Below are positions 1-10,006 of a stretch of 64,000 nt of DNA, in pieces. Origin of the DNA: a virus. Location of the stretch: positions 32,001-96,000 of IMG/VR virus record IMGVR_UViG_3300037483_001012, one strand, 5' to 3'. Under the pieces are notes generated by a model. That model worked only from the letters and a program-made list of their open reading frames with translations. It did not search any database and was not told the origin of the DNA. The position numbers and the translations under genes are program-made. Each line of letters starts with the position of its first letter. The first letter of the stretch is position 1.

Positions 1-608
1 CCGGCGGCGACGGTAACTGAGCCGATAAGGCATTCTCCAAAAGCCAGTGGAACCGGGCGCCCCTGTTCCGATGTATTTTCAATGCCCCCAAAGAGAAACG
101 ATTCCCTTCGGTCGACCGAAGCGCTGCCTCCACGCAGAGCAGGACTTGGTGACAGCATTTGCGCAACACCGGTGGCGACCAGTCCAAGGCCGAGCGCGGC
201 GAAGTTGCCAAACGTGATCGTCTGGCCAAACAAAGTAGCGCCGCCGATTGCCGAAGCCGAAAGGCCGCCGGCGAGTCCAAGGGCATATGGCGCGGCGATC
301 GCAACAGCGACAATCGCCAGTCCGGCAAGAACCTTTCCAAGACCGCGCCCGGAGCCGCCAATCACCGGAACGACATGCAGTTCGGTAGCGCGGCCGAGCC
401 GCAGATCGAGTTCCGGCAAATCTAGGTCATGACCGCGCGCCTCGGGACCACGGATAATCCGATAGAAGCCCTCGGAAAACGCCGCCCTGAATCCTGGGAT
501 TTGCAGGATGAGCGCGCGTAGCGCCTCGGTCGGTTTTTCCACGTCGAGCGCAAAGTTGCACCCGAAACGCTCGCCGAGCGCGCCATGAATAATGATGTTT
601 CTGAGCAT
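1..608 (-). CDS. tail assembly protein (lambda gpI-like), runs off window edge
   Basis: Read manually: ATG at 608, MLRNIIIHGALGERFGCNFALDVEKPTEALRALILQIPGF; follows the gpK-like gene; absent from ORF track. Confidence 0.8.
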   Translation of the reverse strand, partial: MLRNIIIHGALGERFGCNFALDVEKPTEALRALILQIPGFRAAFSEGFYRIIRGPEARGHDLDLPELDLRLGRATELHVVPVIGGSGRGLGKVLAGLAIVAVAIAAPYALGLAGGLSASAIGGATLFGQTITFGNFAALGLGLVATGVAQMLSPSPALRGGSASVDRRESFLFGGIENTSEQGRPVPLAFGECLIGSVTVAA

Positions 609-1376
609 CTAGCCCTCATAACGGAGCCAGTGGGTTACTTGGTTCAGCCATCGATTGACCGGCACACGGCCGGATATCCGGCCCATCAAATGATGGAGCA
701 TCATCTCATTCGGCAGGAGAATGCCGGCGTGGTTCGGCACCTTTGACATGACGCTCATGAGCACGCCATCGCCAGGACGAATGACGCTCGGAACTGTCGG
801 CCCGCGGCCGATCACTTTGAACCCAGCGCTTTCAAACCCGTCGACATAAAGATCTTTGCCGGCGTCATGCCACCACTCTGCGTCGCGCGGCGCGTCTTTG
901 ATTTTAGTATTCTCGACCTGCCAGTAATACTTCCTGGCTATTGTGAAGCAGTCACGAACGCCGTGAATAAATTCGCGTCCGATATGCTTTCCGCTTTCGT
1001 CGCTCAGCGGTTCGTCGAGGATGTGATCTCCGAACCATACGATATCCGCGGCTCTTTCCTTGCGCGCCCAGGCTATCCCCCACGGAATTCCGGACCCTGT
1101 CGTTTCCATCTGCGACCTGATGTCGTCGGCCGATGGACAGCGCGGATCGTCGAAACGAATTGTCGGGTCGATCGGGCGCGTATGGCTGTGGATTACAGCT
1201 TGTAGATTCTCGTCGAGCGGCCACGCGTCGTCCGGCATTCTAAATTTCTCCGTCGGTCTTCCGGAGATGTTTTGAATAGGACGATACGCGCCGCCGATAA
1301 CAAGACCGCATGACTCTTTTGGATATTCCGCGATGGCGTGAGACTTGATGGCTGCATCGACCTCTGGACCGAACAT
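609..1376 (-). CDS. tail tip protein K-like (JAB/MPN + NlpC/P60)
   Basis: YPKESCG, HSH..PSADD, RDCFT, PNHAGI motifs; lambda M-L-K-I order. Confidence 0.88.
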   Translation of the reverse strand: MFGPEVDAAIKSHAIAEYPKESCGLVIGGAYRPIQNISGRPTEKFRMPDDAWPLDENLQAVIHSHTRPIDPTIRFDDPRCPSADDIRSQMETTGSGIPWGIAWARKERAADIVWFGDHILDEPLSDESGKHIGREFIHGVRDCFTIARKYYWQVENTKIKDAPRDAEWWHDAGKDLYVDGFESAGFKVIGRGPTVPSVIRPGDGVLMSVMSKVPNHAGILLPNEMMLHHLMGRISGRVPVNRWLNQVTHWLRYEG

Positions 1377-2122
1377 TACAGCCTCACCCTGTTGACGCCG
1401 GGGAACCCGCCGAACGGCAATGGCTGGCTTGGAAACCGTTTTTTGCATCCGATATTGACGCGCTTTGCGCATCGATCGAGCGCGGGGTCGAACACCTCGA
1501 CGCCTTCATTATCGAACATCTTGTCGTCGTTGGTGTCGCCGGTGAATGGGCAGGTTGCCTGGGAATAATCGAACGCTACTGCGTCGGCGTCCCAAAACCG
1601 ATAGCGAAGCGGACAAAAACCTTGCGTGATCTGCCGTCCAGGAAGCAACCTACCCTCCACATCGATGGCTGGACCGAGCCGCCATTCGACGTAGACCTTG
1701 TTTTGCGCGATCTTCTGTTCGATCTGAAAAATGTCGGGGTCAAACTCAATATCAGGATCGGCATCCGGCTGACCGTCGAGATAGCGGCGGAACGTCCGGC
1801 GTCGCGTGACCTGGCACCCAAGAAGGTCCCTGAACGCTATCGCCAAAGCTGAAAACTGCAATTGGATGTTGGCCACCTTTAGATTTGGTGACGGTAGCGT
1901 TCCCTTCCCGGTCATCTGCCATCCGGTCGACTCCATCCGGATAGGGGAATAGATATTTCCGCCCCAGGTAACAGCCTGCGGAACCGGGTCGCTCAAGTCT
2001 GCGATCAACGGCGCCGGCGCCAAACGATAGATCTCGCCGCCGATATTTGTCGCATCGATCTCAAATAAAACGACATCGGGGTCGAGGCTGAGCTTTTGGA
2101 CCTCTTCTGTCGGAAAGGTCAT
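1376..2122 (-). CDS. minor tail protein L
   Basis: LFEID, RRRTF.RYLD, conserved Cys set, C-terminal PFGGFPG. Confidence 0.9.
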   Translation of the reverse strand: MTFPTEEVQKLSLDPDVVLFEIDATNIGGEIYRLAPAPLIADLSDPVPQAVTWGGNIYSPIRMESTGWQMTGKGTLPSPNLKVANIQLQFSALAIAFRDLLGCQVTRRRTFRRYLDGQPDADPDIEFDPDIFQIEQKIAQNKVYVEWRLGPAIDVEGRLLPGRQITQGFCPLRYRFWDADAVAFDYSQATCPFTGDTNDDKMFDNEGVEVFDPALDRCAKRVNIGCKKRFPSQPLPFGGFPGVNRVRL

Positions 2123-2472
2123 AACCCGAAGTCCTCGGTAAACTCAGCGGTAAGACCGTAATAGAGCGGCGCCACGTCCATCATCGGCGTCCACTTCTTG
2201 CACCGCCACTTCCTCGGGGTGTCTTCATAGGGAAGCGTGTAGAGGAATGGCGTCGCGCCGGCCTTGGTCGTGAAGAATGTCAAGATCGTGCCGAGTTGGG
2301 CCTTGGTGAGCGTGTTGTTCCAACGAAGTGACCATGCCTGACCGATCGAGTTTAATCCGTCAGGTTGCGCTTGGACATATCCATCACCGAATGGCGCTTC
2401 GTTCGTTCGCGCGTTCACGTCCACGCTGCCGCCGATGGATGGCGCTACCGCTGGTGTGAACGTATCGGTCAC
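2119..2472 (-). CDS. minor tail protein M
   Basis: FGDGYVQ..PDGLN motif; 117 aa; directly after tape measure. Confidence 0.88.
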   Translation of the reverse strand: MTDTFTPAVAPSIGGSVDVNARTNEAPFGDGYVQAQPDGLNSIGQAWSLRWNNTLTKAQLGTILTFFTTKAGATPFLYTLPYEDTPRKWRCKKWTPMMDVAPLYYGLTAEFTEDFGL

Positions 2473-5400
2473 TTGTTAAACATCCCGCCAGGTCTTGACT
2501 CGTCATAGAACACCTGCATGGCGATATTCTTCATCGCCTTTGCCGCTTCATTCCCGACCAGTTGCGCCTGCGCGATATCGGTCTTGTTCGCTCCGCTAGG
2601 CAGATTGATCTGGACCGGCGCCATGATCTGGACGGCGCCTCGCCCGACGCGTTCCGAAAGCCCGGAGATGACGTTGCCTGTGCGGTCCGCCATCTTTTCC
2701 GTCAGAACGTGCTCGCCGCGCTCGAGGATGGCTTTGTATTCTTTGCTGGTCAGGCCTGAATGAAGACGCGGCGCGCCGGCGAAACTTGAAACGGTTCGCA
2801 TCGGTGCCGCGTCACCGACGCGTCCACCGCTGTGATACAGACCGCCCGTTGTGGTTAGGCTAAGGCCAAGTCCACCACCACCGCCGCCGCCACCAAACAA
2901 CCCCGACAGTCCTGAAAACAAATCTCCGCCGCCGGCCTGGCCCAAAAACCCCTTGACGATATTGCGCAGTGGATTGGTGAACGCCTCCTGATATGCGATT
3001 TTTGCCAGCGTCTTTGCGAGATTCTGTGCCGCAACCCCGACATTGTCGAAATCGGCGATCGCTTCATCGGCAAAATTACCGATCGCGTCAGACGTGGTGT
3101 CGATCCACTTGTAGTTTTGGAACGACGCGAGGAAGTCGGCATAGGCCAACTTGGCTTGGCCCGCGGTGATCGAGCCGTTTTGAACGGCTAAATTCAGTTG
3201 CTGCTGCTTTTCCGCGACCAGCGGTACGATCTGTTCCCACGTTCCATATTGCTGAACGATATTGCGGTATTCGCCGCCGGCCTTCACCAACAGTTCGATA
3301 TCGCGCAACTCGATCAGCTTCGAACTGACGCCGGAGAAGTTTCCTGACTTGGCGGCGGCGACATAGGCCGCCAGATCATCGGCCGATGCCTTCATTGCCC
3401 GGCCGTGCTCGAGCACGGCGCGATCTATATCGCCGAGAAAGGCGCCTTGCGCAGTCTCTTTCAGGCGAGCGAGACGCTCGGCAAATGCTTCCGCCGCGCG
3501 CCGGCCGCGCTCATGTGCGCGCGCGAGTTTGTCTGCCCGATCCTCTTGAATTGCGAGAGATCTGGCGACGTCATAGCTGATTGGAATATTCTGCTTGAGT
3601 CCCTCGAAGTAAATCTCCTGCGCCCGCGCCTCGATGTCCTTGCCCTGCGCCTTGAGCAGTTTTTGCTGAATCCTATTATGGATGTTGCTGTAAAAGTCAC
3701 CAAACGCGGTCGCGGCCGCGCCGGCGGCGCGCTCTTCCTCGAGTGCAGCCGCGGCGGCAGCGCTTTCGATCTCGTCATAGGCGCTTGCGACCTGGCGAAG
3801 TGTTGCCTGCTCTTTCTCGCGCTGAAGGATGACTTCATAAGTGAGGTTGGTGCCATTCTTTTGCGCCTGGAGGTATTTTACCAATGCGGTGTGCTCTACC
3901 TCCCTGGCCTCCATCCTGGCGCGGATGCCGGAGGCCTCGATATCATAGCTCTGCAAAATGTCGCTATCAGACGTAAATTTCTTTGACGCCGATTCCGTCT
4001 CCTCCTTCGCCAACTCCATCGCAAGACTATTGGCGGCTTTTTCGGCCTCCTCGTAGTTTTTCTTGGCCTTATCGAGCCCGACAATAATCGCGGCGTTGGC
4101 GCGCACCTCTTCGTCGGCGAGCAACGGGTATTGCTTCTTCAAGTCCTGATAGCGCTTCTCGACCTCGTATGCCTGATCGCGCAGACGCAGCAGATCCTGC
4201 ACGTCGATGATTTCGCGCCGTGCCAAAAGCGGGGATTTTGCTTCTTTGAATTTATCGCTTTCGCTTGCATCATATGTGCTGCGGAATCTCTCGCCGCCGT
4301 CGCCACTGAGCTTGCTCAAGCCCTCCCGCTGAGCCGCGGTGAGTTTTCCTGACGCCAATAGATCGAGTTCGGCCCGGTAATCTTTCGCCGCGACGGCGGC
4401 GCCACGCAAGGCGCCGGCATTCTCTCGCGCGGCTTCAGCGAGCGAGTTGATATATGGCTTTGCCGTCTGTATTTTACTAAGCCGCTCATTAAAATCATCG
4501 ACGGTAATCGAACCCTGGGCATATTGCCTGACGAGTTCGATGACCTCGTTCTGCGCGGCAACGATTTGCCGATCTGACCCACTGGTGCCGGCACGTTGAA
4601 TCACGCGCGCATCGGAAATGATCTTTAATACGCGGTCATATTCCTTTTCGATGCTTTCAATATCGCTTTTGGTCTTTTTGACCCTGGCATCGAGCAGGGA
4701 GTCGCCGGCCCCGGCCTGTTCCTTTCCTCCAGCCGCATTGATCTTCTGCAGGCGCTGCTCGATCGTCTTCTGAGCGGACGCAATTTCCTGCGCGGCACGC
4801 GCCGACTTCGCGGCCAGCGCGCCCATTAGAACGATGGCCCCGGTAATCGCCACTCCCCACGGGCCGCCAAGCGTGCCGAGCAGGGCCAGAGATTGTCTAT
4901 TCACAAACGCCTTGGCCCGGCCAAACTGCGTGGCCGCGCTTTCCGCCGCGAGAAGATTGGTGGTCAACGGTTTGATCGCGGCGTTCAGCTTGGATACGTC
5001 CGCGACCTGCCCGGTCAGCGCCGTGCGAGCGTTTCGGGTGCCGCTATCTGTCACGGCCTCTTGCGCCGACCGTGCGTCAAGGCCGGCCAACCCAACATTG
5101 AGACGGGACTGCTGATAGGTAGACCGTAGCGTATTGACCCGCCTGGCCTGCTCCAATCGCTTGTCGACAGCCGCCTTTTCGGCGGTAGCCTGCAGATTGT
5201 CGATATCGACTTGCCGGCGAACAATCACTTCGCGGTCGCGCGCGATACCCTTTTCCGCATTCGCGAGTTCCCGCTCAATCGATATCCGGGCCTTTGTCGC
5301 TTCTCCCGTTGACTGCAGGCGGCCTGTCGTCGTCTGAAGACCAAGCGACGCCGTTTCATGGTTGCGGGCCGCGGCCAAGTCACGAACTAATTTGGCCTGG

Positions 5401-6773
5401 CGAGTAAGTCCCGTGTTGACCCGGTCCTCGGCCCCGGCGAGGTCGTCAGCGAATTTGATTGCACGCGCCGAAACGTTGGGCCCGATGCTCGCCAATTCGC
5501 GCTGCCCGGCCCGCAATTCATTAAAGGCCTTTTGCGCCGCTTCCCTAGCCTTATTGATCTGCTGATCGGCGCGCTGGACCGCCTTGACCGCCGACTGATC
5601 CGCAAATTCAGCGACATCCCCGCTGCGCAGCGCCTTGGCAAACGTTGCACTTTTAGCCGCGGAGTCGGCGGAAGCGGTCGAAAGAACCCTGATTTGATCC
5701 TTCAGGCTGACCACGCGCTCGCGCGCCTCAACGGCGTCGGCCTTGATCGCCCTGACTATTCCGGTGCCGGCGCCGGCCAGTTTCTTACCGATGAATGCCG
5801 CGGCAAGGCCGCCACCGACCTGCGCGATCAGCGGAAGTAGCGTATCGAGATTATTCCCGATCGAGAGAATGCCGGTCGCCAACAGTCTGGTGGCGCCGTA
5901 GGTTTGGTTGACGTTCCCGAAAAACGCGGTGAGTTGGTTGTCGACCTGGGTCAGTGCCTGATCGACGGTCATGATCGACCTGGAAAACTGCTGGTCGATG
6001 CTGCCCGCAACCTTGCTCAGCGCGCCGAGGACGACGTCCGCGGTGAGCTTGCCCTCGAGCCCCATCTTGCGGAACTCGCCGAGCGTTACGCCGATGCCCC
6101 TGGCCAATTCAAGACCGAGCGGGGTTTCCAGCACCGCCCGGAGTTCTTCACCGCCGAGCCTGTTCGAAGCAATGGCCTGCGAAAACTGGATCGCGGCCGA
6201 TCGCGATTCCTGAATGGTGGCGCCACCGAGTTGCAGCGCCTTCTGGATCGTTTCGACGTATCGAAGAACCTCCTCCGCTCCTCGGTCCGGCGAGGCCTTC
6301 TGAATGCGCGAATAGAGAATGGCGGTCGATTCCAGGCCGGCGCGGCTGCGCTGGGCCACGGTCTGAACGGCCTCAAGCCGCGCCGCCAAGTCAGCCGCGT
6401 TGGACGAAACGACCCTGATCTGGTTCGACAGATTGGTGTAGGTGTCGGCGTATCGGATGATGAGATTGGTCGACAGCGCGCCGATAAATCCGGTGAACAC
6501 GCCGGTCGTCGCCAGCAACGAGCCACGCAACAGACTGGCGCGATCGGCCGCGCCCTCGAACGCGCGGCTGACCGCAATCAGACTGTAGGGACGGAAGTTC
6601 CGGGCGGCCGAACTTTGCCAAAACCGATCGACCGCCTTTTCACCAACGCCGGCGTTGCGCGCGATGTTGCGCGTAACGCCGCCCGTCACCGACTGCGCGC
6701 GCGTCATCGCCTGCGCGAACGGCTGAACGTCTGCCGTCAACGAGACGAATAGTGAGCCAATCGGAACGGCCAT
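2469..6773 (-). CDS. tail tape measure protein
   Basis: 1434 aa, Ala-rich helical; tape-measure N domain (QFSQAIASNRLGGEELRAVLE); C-terminal HSGG..AILERGE. Confidence 0.92.
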   Translation of the reverse strand: MAVPIGSLFVSLTADVQPFAQAMTRAQSVTGGVTRNIARNAGVGEKAVDRFWQSSAARNFRPYSLIAVSRAFEGAADRASLLRGSLLATTGVFTGFIGALSTNLIIRYADTYTNLSNQIRVVSSNAADLAARLEAVQTVAQRSRAGLESTAILYSRIQKASPDRGAEEVLRYVETIQKALQLGGATIQESRSAAIQFSQAIASNRLGGEELRAVLETPLGLELARGIGVTLGEFRKMGLEGKLTADVVLGALSKVAGSIDQQFSRSIMTVDQALTQVDNQLTAFFGNVNQTYGATRLLATGILSIGNNLDTLLPLIAQVGGGLAAAFIGKKLAGAGTGIVRAIKADAVEARERVVSLKDQIRVLSTASADSAAKSATFAKALRSGDVAEFADQSAVKAVQRADQQINKAREAAQKAFNELRAGQRELASIGPNVSARAIKFADDLAGAEDRVNTGLTRQAKLVRDLAAARNHETASLGLQTTTGRLQSTGEATKARISIERELANAEKGIARDREVIVRRQVDIDNLQATAEKAAVDKRLEQARRVNTLRSTYQQSRLNVGLAGLDARSAQEAVTDSGTRNARTALTGQVADVSKLNAAIKPLTTNLLAAESAATQFGRAKAFVNRQSLALLGTLGGPWGVAITGAIVLMGALAAKSARAAQEIASAQKTIEQRLQKINAAGGKEQAGAGDSLLDARVKKTKSDIESIEKEYDRVLKIISDARVIQRAGTSGSDRQIVAAQNEVIELVRQYAQGSITVDDFNERLSKIQTAKPYINSLAEAARENAGALRGAAVAAKDYRAELDLLASGKLTAAQREGLSKLSGDGGERFRSTYDASESDKFKEAKSPLLARREIIDVQDLLRLRDQAYEVEKRYQDLKKQYPLLADEEVRANAAIIVGLDKAKKNYEEAEKAANSLAMELAKEETESASKKFTSDSDILQSYDIEASGIRARMEAREVEHTALVKYLQAQKNGTNLTYEVILQREKEQATLRQVASAYDEIESAAAAAALEEERAAGAAATAFGDFYSNIHNRIQQKLLKAQGKDIEARAQEIYFEGLKQNIPISYDVARSLAIQEDRADKLARAHERGRRAAEAFAERLARLKETAQGAFLGDIDRAVLEHGRAMKASADDLAAYVAAAKSGNFSGVSSKLIELRDIELLVKAGGEYRNIVQQYGTWEQIVPLVAEKQQQLNLAVQNGSITAGQAKLAYADFLASFQNYKWIDTTSDAIGNFADEAIADFDNVGVAAQNLAKTLAKIAYQEAFTNPLRNIVKGFLGQAGGGDLFSGLSGLFGGGGGGGGLGLSLTTTGGLYHSGGRVGDAAPMRTVSSFAGAPRLHSGLTSKEYKAILERGEHVLTEKMADRTGNVISGLSERVGRGAVQIMAPVQINLPSGANKTDIAQAQLVGNEAAKAMKNIAMQVFYDESRPGGMFNK

Positions 6774-6782
6774 TGCGCCTCG

Positions 6783-7070
6783 CTATAGGCTTTTCTTTGC
6801 CAATTCTCTGGCCTTCGCGAGAGCGACGAGCCCCTCGTCCGTCATCTCGGCGGTCTCGCCGAAAAGCTCGAACGCGTCCTTCGGAAATTCCTTCAGGCGC
6901 TGGAATAGGGCGATGTACCAGGCCTCCTGGATCACGCCTTTGCGGCGCTCTTGGATGTATCGGAAGGCCCTTCCTGGGGTGAGTTCGTCGAGCTCGGTCG
7001 GTCGGAGTCCGACCCGGAAAGCAGCTCGCTCGAGTTCGTCGAGGAGTTCTCCGGGTCGTTCGGAGGGTTT
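6783..7070 (-). CDS. tail assembly chaperone GT, -1 frameshift extension
   Basis: Overlapping -1 frame ORF between chaperone G and tape measure; slippery heptamer at 7064-7070. Confidence 0.7.
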   Translation of the reverse strand, partial: KPSERPGELLDELERAAFRVGLRPTELDELTPGRAFRYIQERRKGVIQEAWYIALFQRLKEFPKDAFELFGETAEMTDEGLVALAKARELAKKSL

Positions 7071-7438
7071 TGCGCCCTGGAGAGCGCCTCCATCGCCCAA
7101 ATCTGGTACTCGATGAAGTCCTTCTCATGCACGGACAGATAAAGCGCGTGCAGGATCAGTTCGGCGAGTTTTGCGACGGAAAGCTCACCGCACTCCTCCA
7201 GTTTGATCGGCCTGGTCTTGCCGGCCGCGTCCTTCCCGCCGGCCTGGAGATAGATTTCCATCCACTCCATGTCGAACGAGTTGAGGCGGTCCGCGGCGTC
7301 GAGGAACCACTTTTCCCCCAGCCGTGTCTTGAGCGTGTGGCAGTCGCGGTGGCGGAAGATGATATGAAGCGGGACTCCCGCCACCGGAACGATCACTTCG
7401 CGGATCGGCTTGCGATCCTGGGTATCGGTATTGCTCAT
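6932..7438 (-). CDS. tail assembly chaperone G
   Basis: Position between tail tube and tape measure genes. Confidence 0.7.
   Translation of the reverse strand: MSNTDTQDRKPIREVIVPVAGVPLHIIFRHRDCHTLKTRLGEKWFLDAADRLNSFDMEWMEIYLQAGGKDAAGKTRPIKLEECGELSVAKLAELILHALYLSVHEKDFIEYQIWAMEALSRAQNPPNDPENSSTNSSELLSGSDSDRPSSTNSPQEGPSDTSKSAAKA
7064..7070 (-). other. -1 ribosomal frameshift slippery site A-AAC-CCT
   Basis: XXXYYYZ heptamer in the correct phase of G (CAA AAC CCT); -1 frame open to 6783. Confidence 0.65.
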
Positions 7439-7449
7439 TAATCACCTGC

Positions 7450-7893
7450 TTACGGGATTTCGGAGAACGTGGTGCCGCCGGTGCAACGAACCGTCGCGGT
7501 GCCGCCGACCGGATCGTTCGGGTTGATATTGACGTCGCCCGGATTTTTGATGAAGCCGGCGCCGTTCTCGTACTTCGCCCAACCGGCGCCGCCGTAATTG
7601 ATGCGCCAATTGAATTGCGCGCCGCTCAAGAACTTGGTGAGCATGTTCGTGTGGGTGGCGTTGGTCGGGTCGAAGTGCGTTTCGAGCGCGATCGAGCCCG
7701 GATCCTTGAAGCCGGCACGCAACTCGCGGAAGCCGCCGGTCGAGGCGAGATGGGTAAAATCGATTTCTTCCGCATCGCGGCCGCTGAAGGCGATGCTGCG
7801 CACGTTCGCGACGGCCGTGAACACTTCCGGCGACGCGCCATCGCCCATTTCGAACGTGATACCGCGGCCGGTTTTACCCGTGGATTCGGTCAT
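7450..7893 (-). CDS. major tail tube protein
   Basis: GDGASPEVFT, EEIDFTHL.S, GFKDPG typical of siphovirus tube proteins; strong RBS. Confidence 0.85.
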   Translation of the reverse strand: MTESTGKTGRGITFEMGDGASPEVFTAVANVRSIAFSGRDAEEIDFTHLASTGGFRELRAGFKDPGSIALETHFDPTNATHTNMLTKFLSGAQFNWRINYGGAGWAKYENGAGFIKNPGDVNINPNDPVGGTATVRCTGGTTFSEIP

Positions 7894-7973
7894 TGTCGTC
7901 TCCTGATAATATTTGGGATGACGGCATCGGCCGTCCTCGCGAAGCCCGCTTTGGGTGCGGGCGCCCAGAAATC

Positions 7974-7994
7974 AAAAAAGCCCCTTGCGGGGCC
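7974..7994 (-). terminator. intrinsic terminator-like hairpin upstream of tail tube gene
   Basis: GCCCC-GCAA-GGGGC followed by T run on minus strand. Confidence 0.6.
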
Positions 7995-8016
7995 TCGCTC
8001 GCTCAAACTGCGCTGG

Positions 8017-8433
8017 TCATCTCCAGCGAATTTTGTAGTCGCACGCCCGACGAAACGAGCTCCGATCGTCCGCGGAATCGCTGAAGTCAGAGCTTTCCTT
8101 CGAGATGTCGACGTCGGTTGCGACGTCCGGCGGCGACTCGTTATTGATCGCCACGGTCTGTTTCACGCAAGGGAAGTTGACCTTCAGCAGTTCGCCAAGC
8201 TTGTTCGCCTCGGACGCCGTTCTTCCGATGCAGTCGATCTGGATGCGCGAATCGTAATAGCCACCCCGGCCGGCGAGCATCTGTTCATCCGGTTCGTCGA
8301 TCAGATGAAGAACGAGATACGGAATCGGCGCCTCTTGCGGCGCCTGCATCGCATGGACCGCGCCTGCTCCAATGATCGACGTGATCGGCGCTATCGCCGA
8401 TATCCTGGTGACGGCGATCGCGAGCGCGCTCAT
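8017..8433 (-). CDS. tail completion/terminator protein (DUF3168-like)
   Basis: APQ..PYLV, RIQIDC motifs; position. Confidence 0.75.
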   Translation of the reverse strand: MSALAIAVTRISAIAPITSIIGAGAVHAMQAPQEAPIPYLVLHLIDEPDEQMLAGRGGYYDSRIQIDCIGRTASEANKLGELLKVNFPCVKQTVAINNESPPDVATDVDISKESSDFSDSADDRSSFRRACDYKIRWR

Positions 8434-8888
8434 TGTTTGACCCCGCGGATCGTCCCGACGATGCCGCTCCAAATCTCCCGGCTGATGATGCGTACGGCAT
8501 CGCCGGCCTTCGCGTCATAGGCCGGCCGGATGAACGGTTTCGGTCGCGCCCCGGGGTGCATCCATCCGCCGCGCCACCGCGGCTGCCAGTGCGGCGCCGT
8601 TCCAAATTCGACCAAGTGAGCGATTTTGCGCGCACGGAGTTTGAAGGAAAGCCAGAACACCCGAAAGTATGTTCCTGTCGATTTCCGCTTGGCAATCACC
8701 ACGCCCTGATCGAGATGCCCGCCCTTCGGAGAGCCCGGCGTTCGCAAACGCATCGCGTTTTTTACCGTCTCATCCTTCATCGGCGTAAGGCCTGCAATAC
8801 AGGCCTGATCGAGAAACCTTCCCGGCGATTTGCCGATAGCCGCGAGCGTGCGGTTGAGCTTTGCCTGGCCTCGGATTACTGCCATCAC
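8430..8888 (-). CDS. HK97 gp10-like neck/tail component
   Basis: AHLVEFGT and PKPFIRPAYD motifs. Confidence 0.8.
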   Translation of the reverse strand: MMAVIRGQAKLNRTLAAIGKSPGRFLDQACIAGLTPMKDETVKNAMRLRTPGSPKGGHLDQGVVIAKRKSTGTYFRVFWLSFKLRARKIAHLVEFGTAPHWQPRWRGGWMHPGARPKPFIRPAYDAKAGDAVRIISREIWSGIVGTIRGVKQ

Positions 8889-9220
8889 GCGTCCTGCAGC
8901 GTCGCTTCGATCACGCAGTCTTCGCGCCGTTGAAGGTCTGGAAGGATGGCCCGGATATCGTAGGTCTTGCTCTCAAAAGTGATGCGCATTGTCGTATCGA
9001 CGCCATCGACGTCGAGAAAATTGCAGCGAAACCGATACTTGATCTGAGAAAATAGCTGTTTCGTTTGCTGGTCGAAGTGTTCCTGGCCGGCCTTGGCGAC
9101 GATCTCGACGAACGGCGAGACAAAGGCCTGCCATGCGTAAATCTTCTGTTGAAGATCGTCGACTCCGGTCTCGACCTTATGCTGAATCTCGATCTTGTTG
9201 CGGCGCACCCCGTTGCGCAT
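8885..9220 (-). CDS. head closure protein (SPP1 gp16-like)
   Basis: 111 aa; MRITFESKTYDIRAI; position. Confidence 0.8.
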   Translation of the reverse strand: MRNGVRRNKIEIQHKVETGVDDLQQKIYAWQAFVSPFVEIVAKAGQEHFDQQTKQLFSQIKYRFRCNFLDVDGVDTTMRITFESKTYDIRAILPDLQRREDCVIEATLQDA

Positions 9221-9224
9221 CGCT

Positions 9225-9845
9225 CTACTCCCATCCGTCGTAAGACACGGGAATCCGCAAGAGCGGCAACAGATAGTCGACGCCGTAGCTCGTCTTTCGG
9301 TTTGTCATCGCCGCGACGCGGTCGTTGATGCTCGCTTCCTTGTTCTCGATGTAGTCGGAGGCAAGGATTTTCAGCAACCGCTTGAGGTTCGGCGGGTACG
9401 TGTCGTAGCCGGCGTCAAAGGTGACGGCGACGGCCCGCGGATGGGTATCGGCCGACGGCCATGACTCGCCCGACTTCAACTCGATCTCGCCGATCGGCGC
9501 ACCGAGCCGAACGATGTAGGTGGTGGGATCGACGACCGGCGCCGGACTTGACCCGGTACCGTCTTCGTAGGCGATCGAGATGACCTCTTTGAGCGGCGGG
9601 AACGGGAGCCGGATGATCCCGCTAGTCGGAAATGCGCGGAGATATCTGACCCACCGGCATGGGAAAACGGTGCGATTGAGGATGCCGGTCAGGCCGTGCA
9701 GGCCGTCGGCCGCTTCCTTGATCGCGTCGCCGATCTCGGTATCCATCGACGAATTGGTGATCCGCAAGTGCGTCTTGAGGTCGGCGACCGAGACGATGTC
9801 AAGCCCGGTTGCGGTGGGCGCCGTGACCTCGACAATATCCAGCAT
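9225..9845 (-). CDS. head-tail connector protein
   Basis: VSVADLKTHLRI, LPFPPL, AVAVTFDAGY motifs. Confidence 0.82.
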   Translation of the reverse strand: MLDIVEVTAPTATGLDIVSVADLKTHLRITNSSMDTEIGDAIKEAADGLHGLTGILNRTVFPCRWVRYLRAFPTSGIIRLPFPPLKEVISIAYEDGTGSSPAPVVDPTTYIVRLGAPIGEIELKSGESWPSADTHPRAVAVTFDAGYDTYPPNLKRLLKILASDYIENKEASINDRVAAMTNRKTSYGVDYLLPLLRIPVSYDGWE

Positions 9846-10006
9846 CAGCGCGTCTCATAGCCTGGATTGCGGCCAGGCTGCATGTCGCGCGTGTCGTATC
9901 CGGACTTCTTGGCCGGCTGCATGTCGCGCGCCTTTTCCGGCTTGTCCTTTGGCCATACCGCTTGGGTCGGCTGTTCCGTGTTTTTCGGCTTATCGTTATT
10001 TTGCAT
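9845..10006 (-). CDS. small hypothetical protein
   Basis: Coupled to both neighbours; internal RDMQP..GY.TR duplication. Confidence 0.55.
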   Translation of the reverse strand: MQNNDKPKNTEQPTQAVWPKDKPEKARDMQPAKKSGYDTRDMQPGRNPGYETR

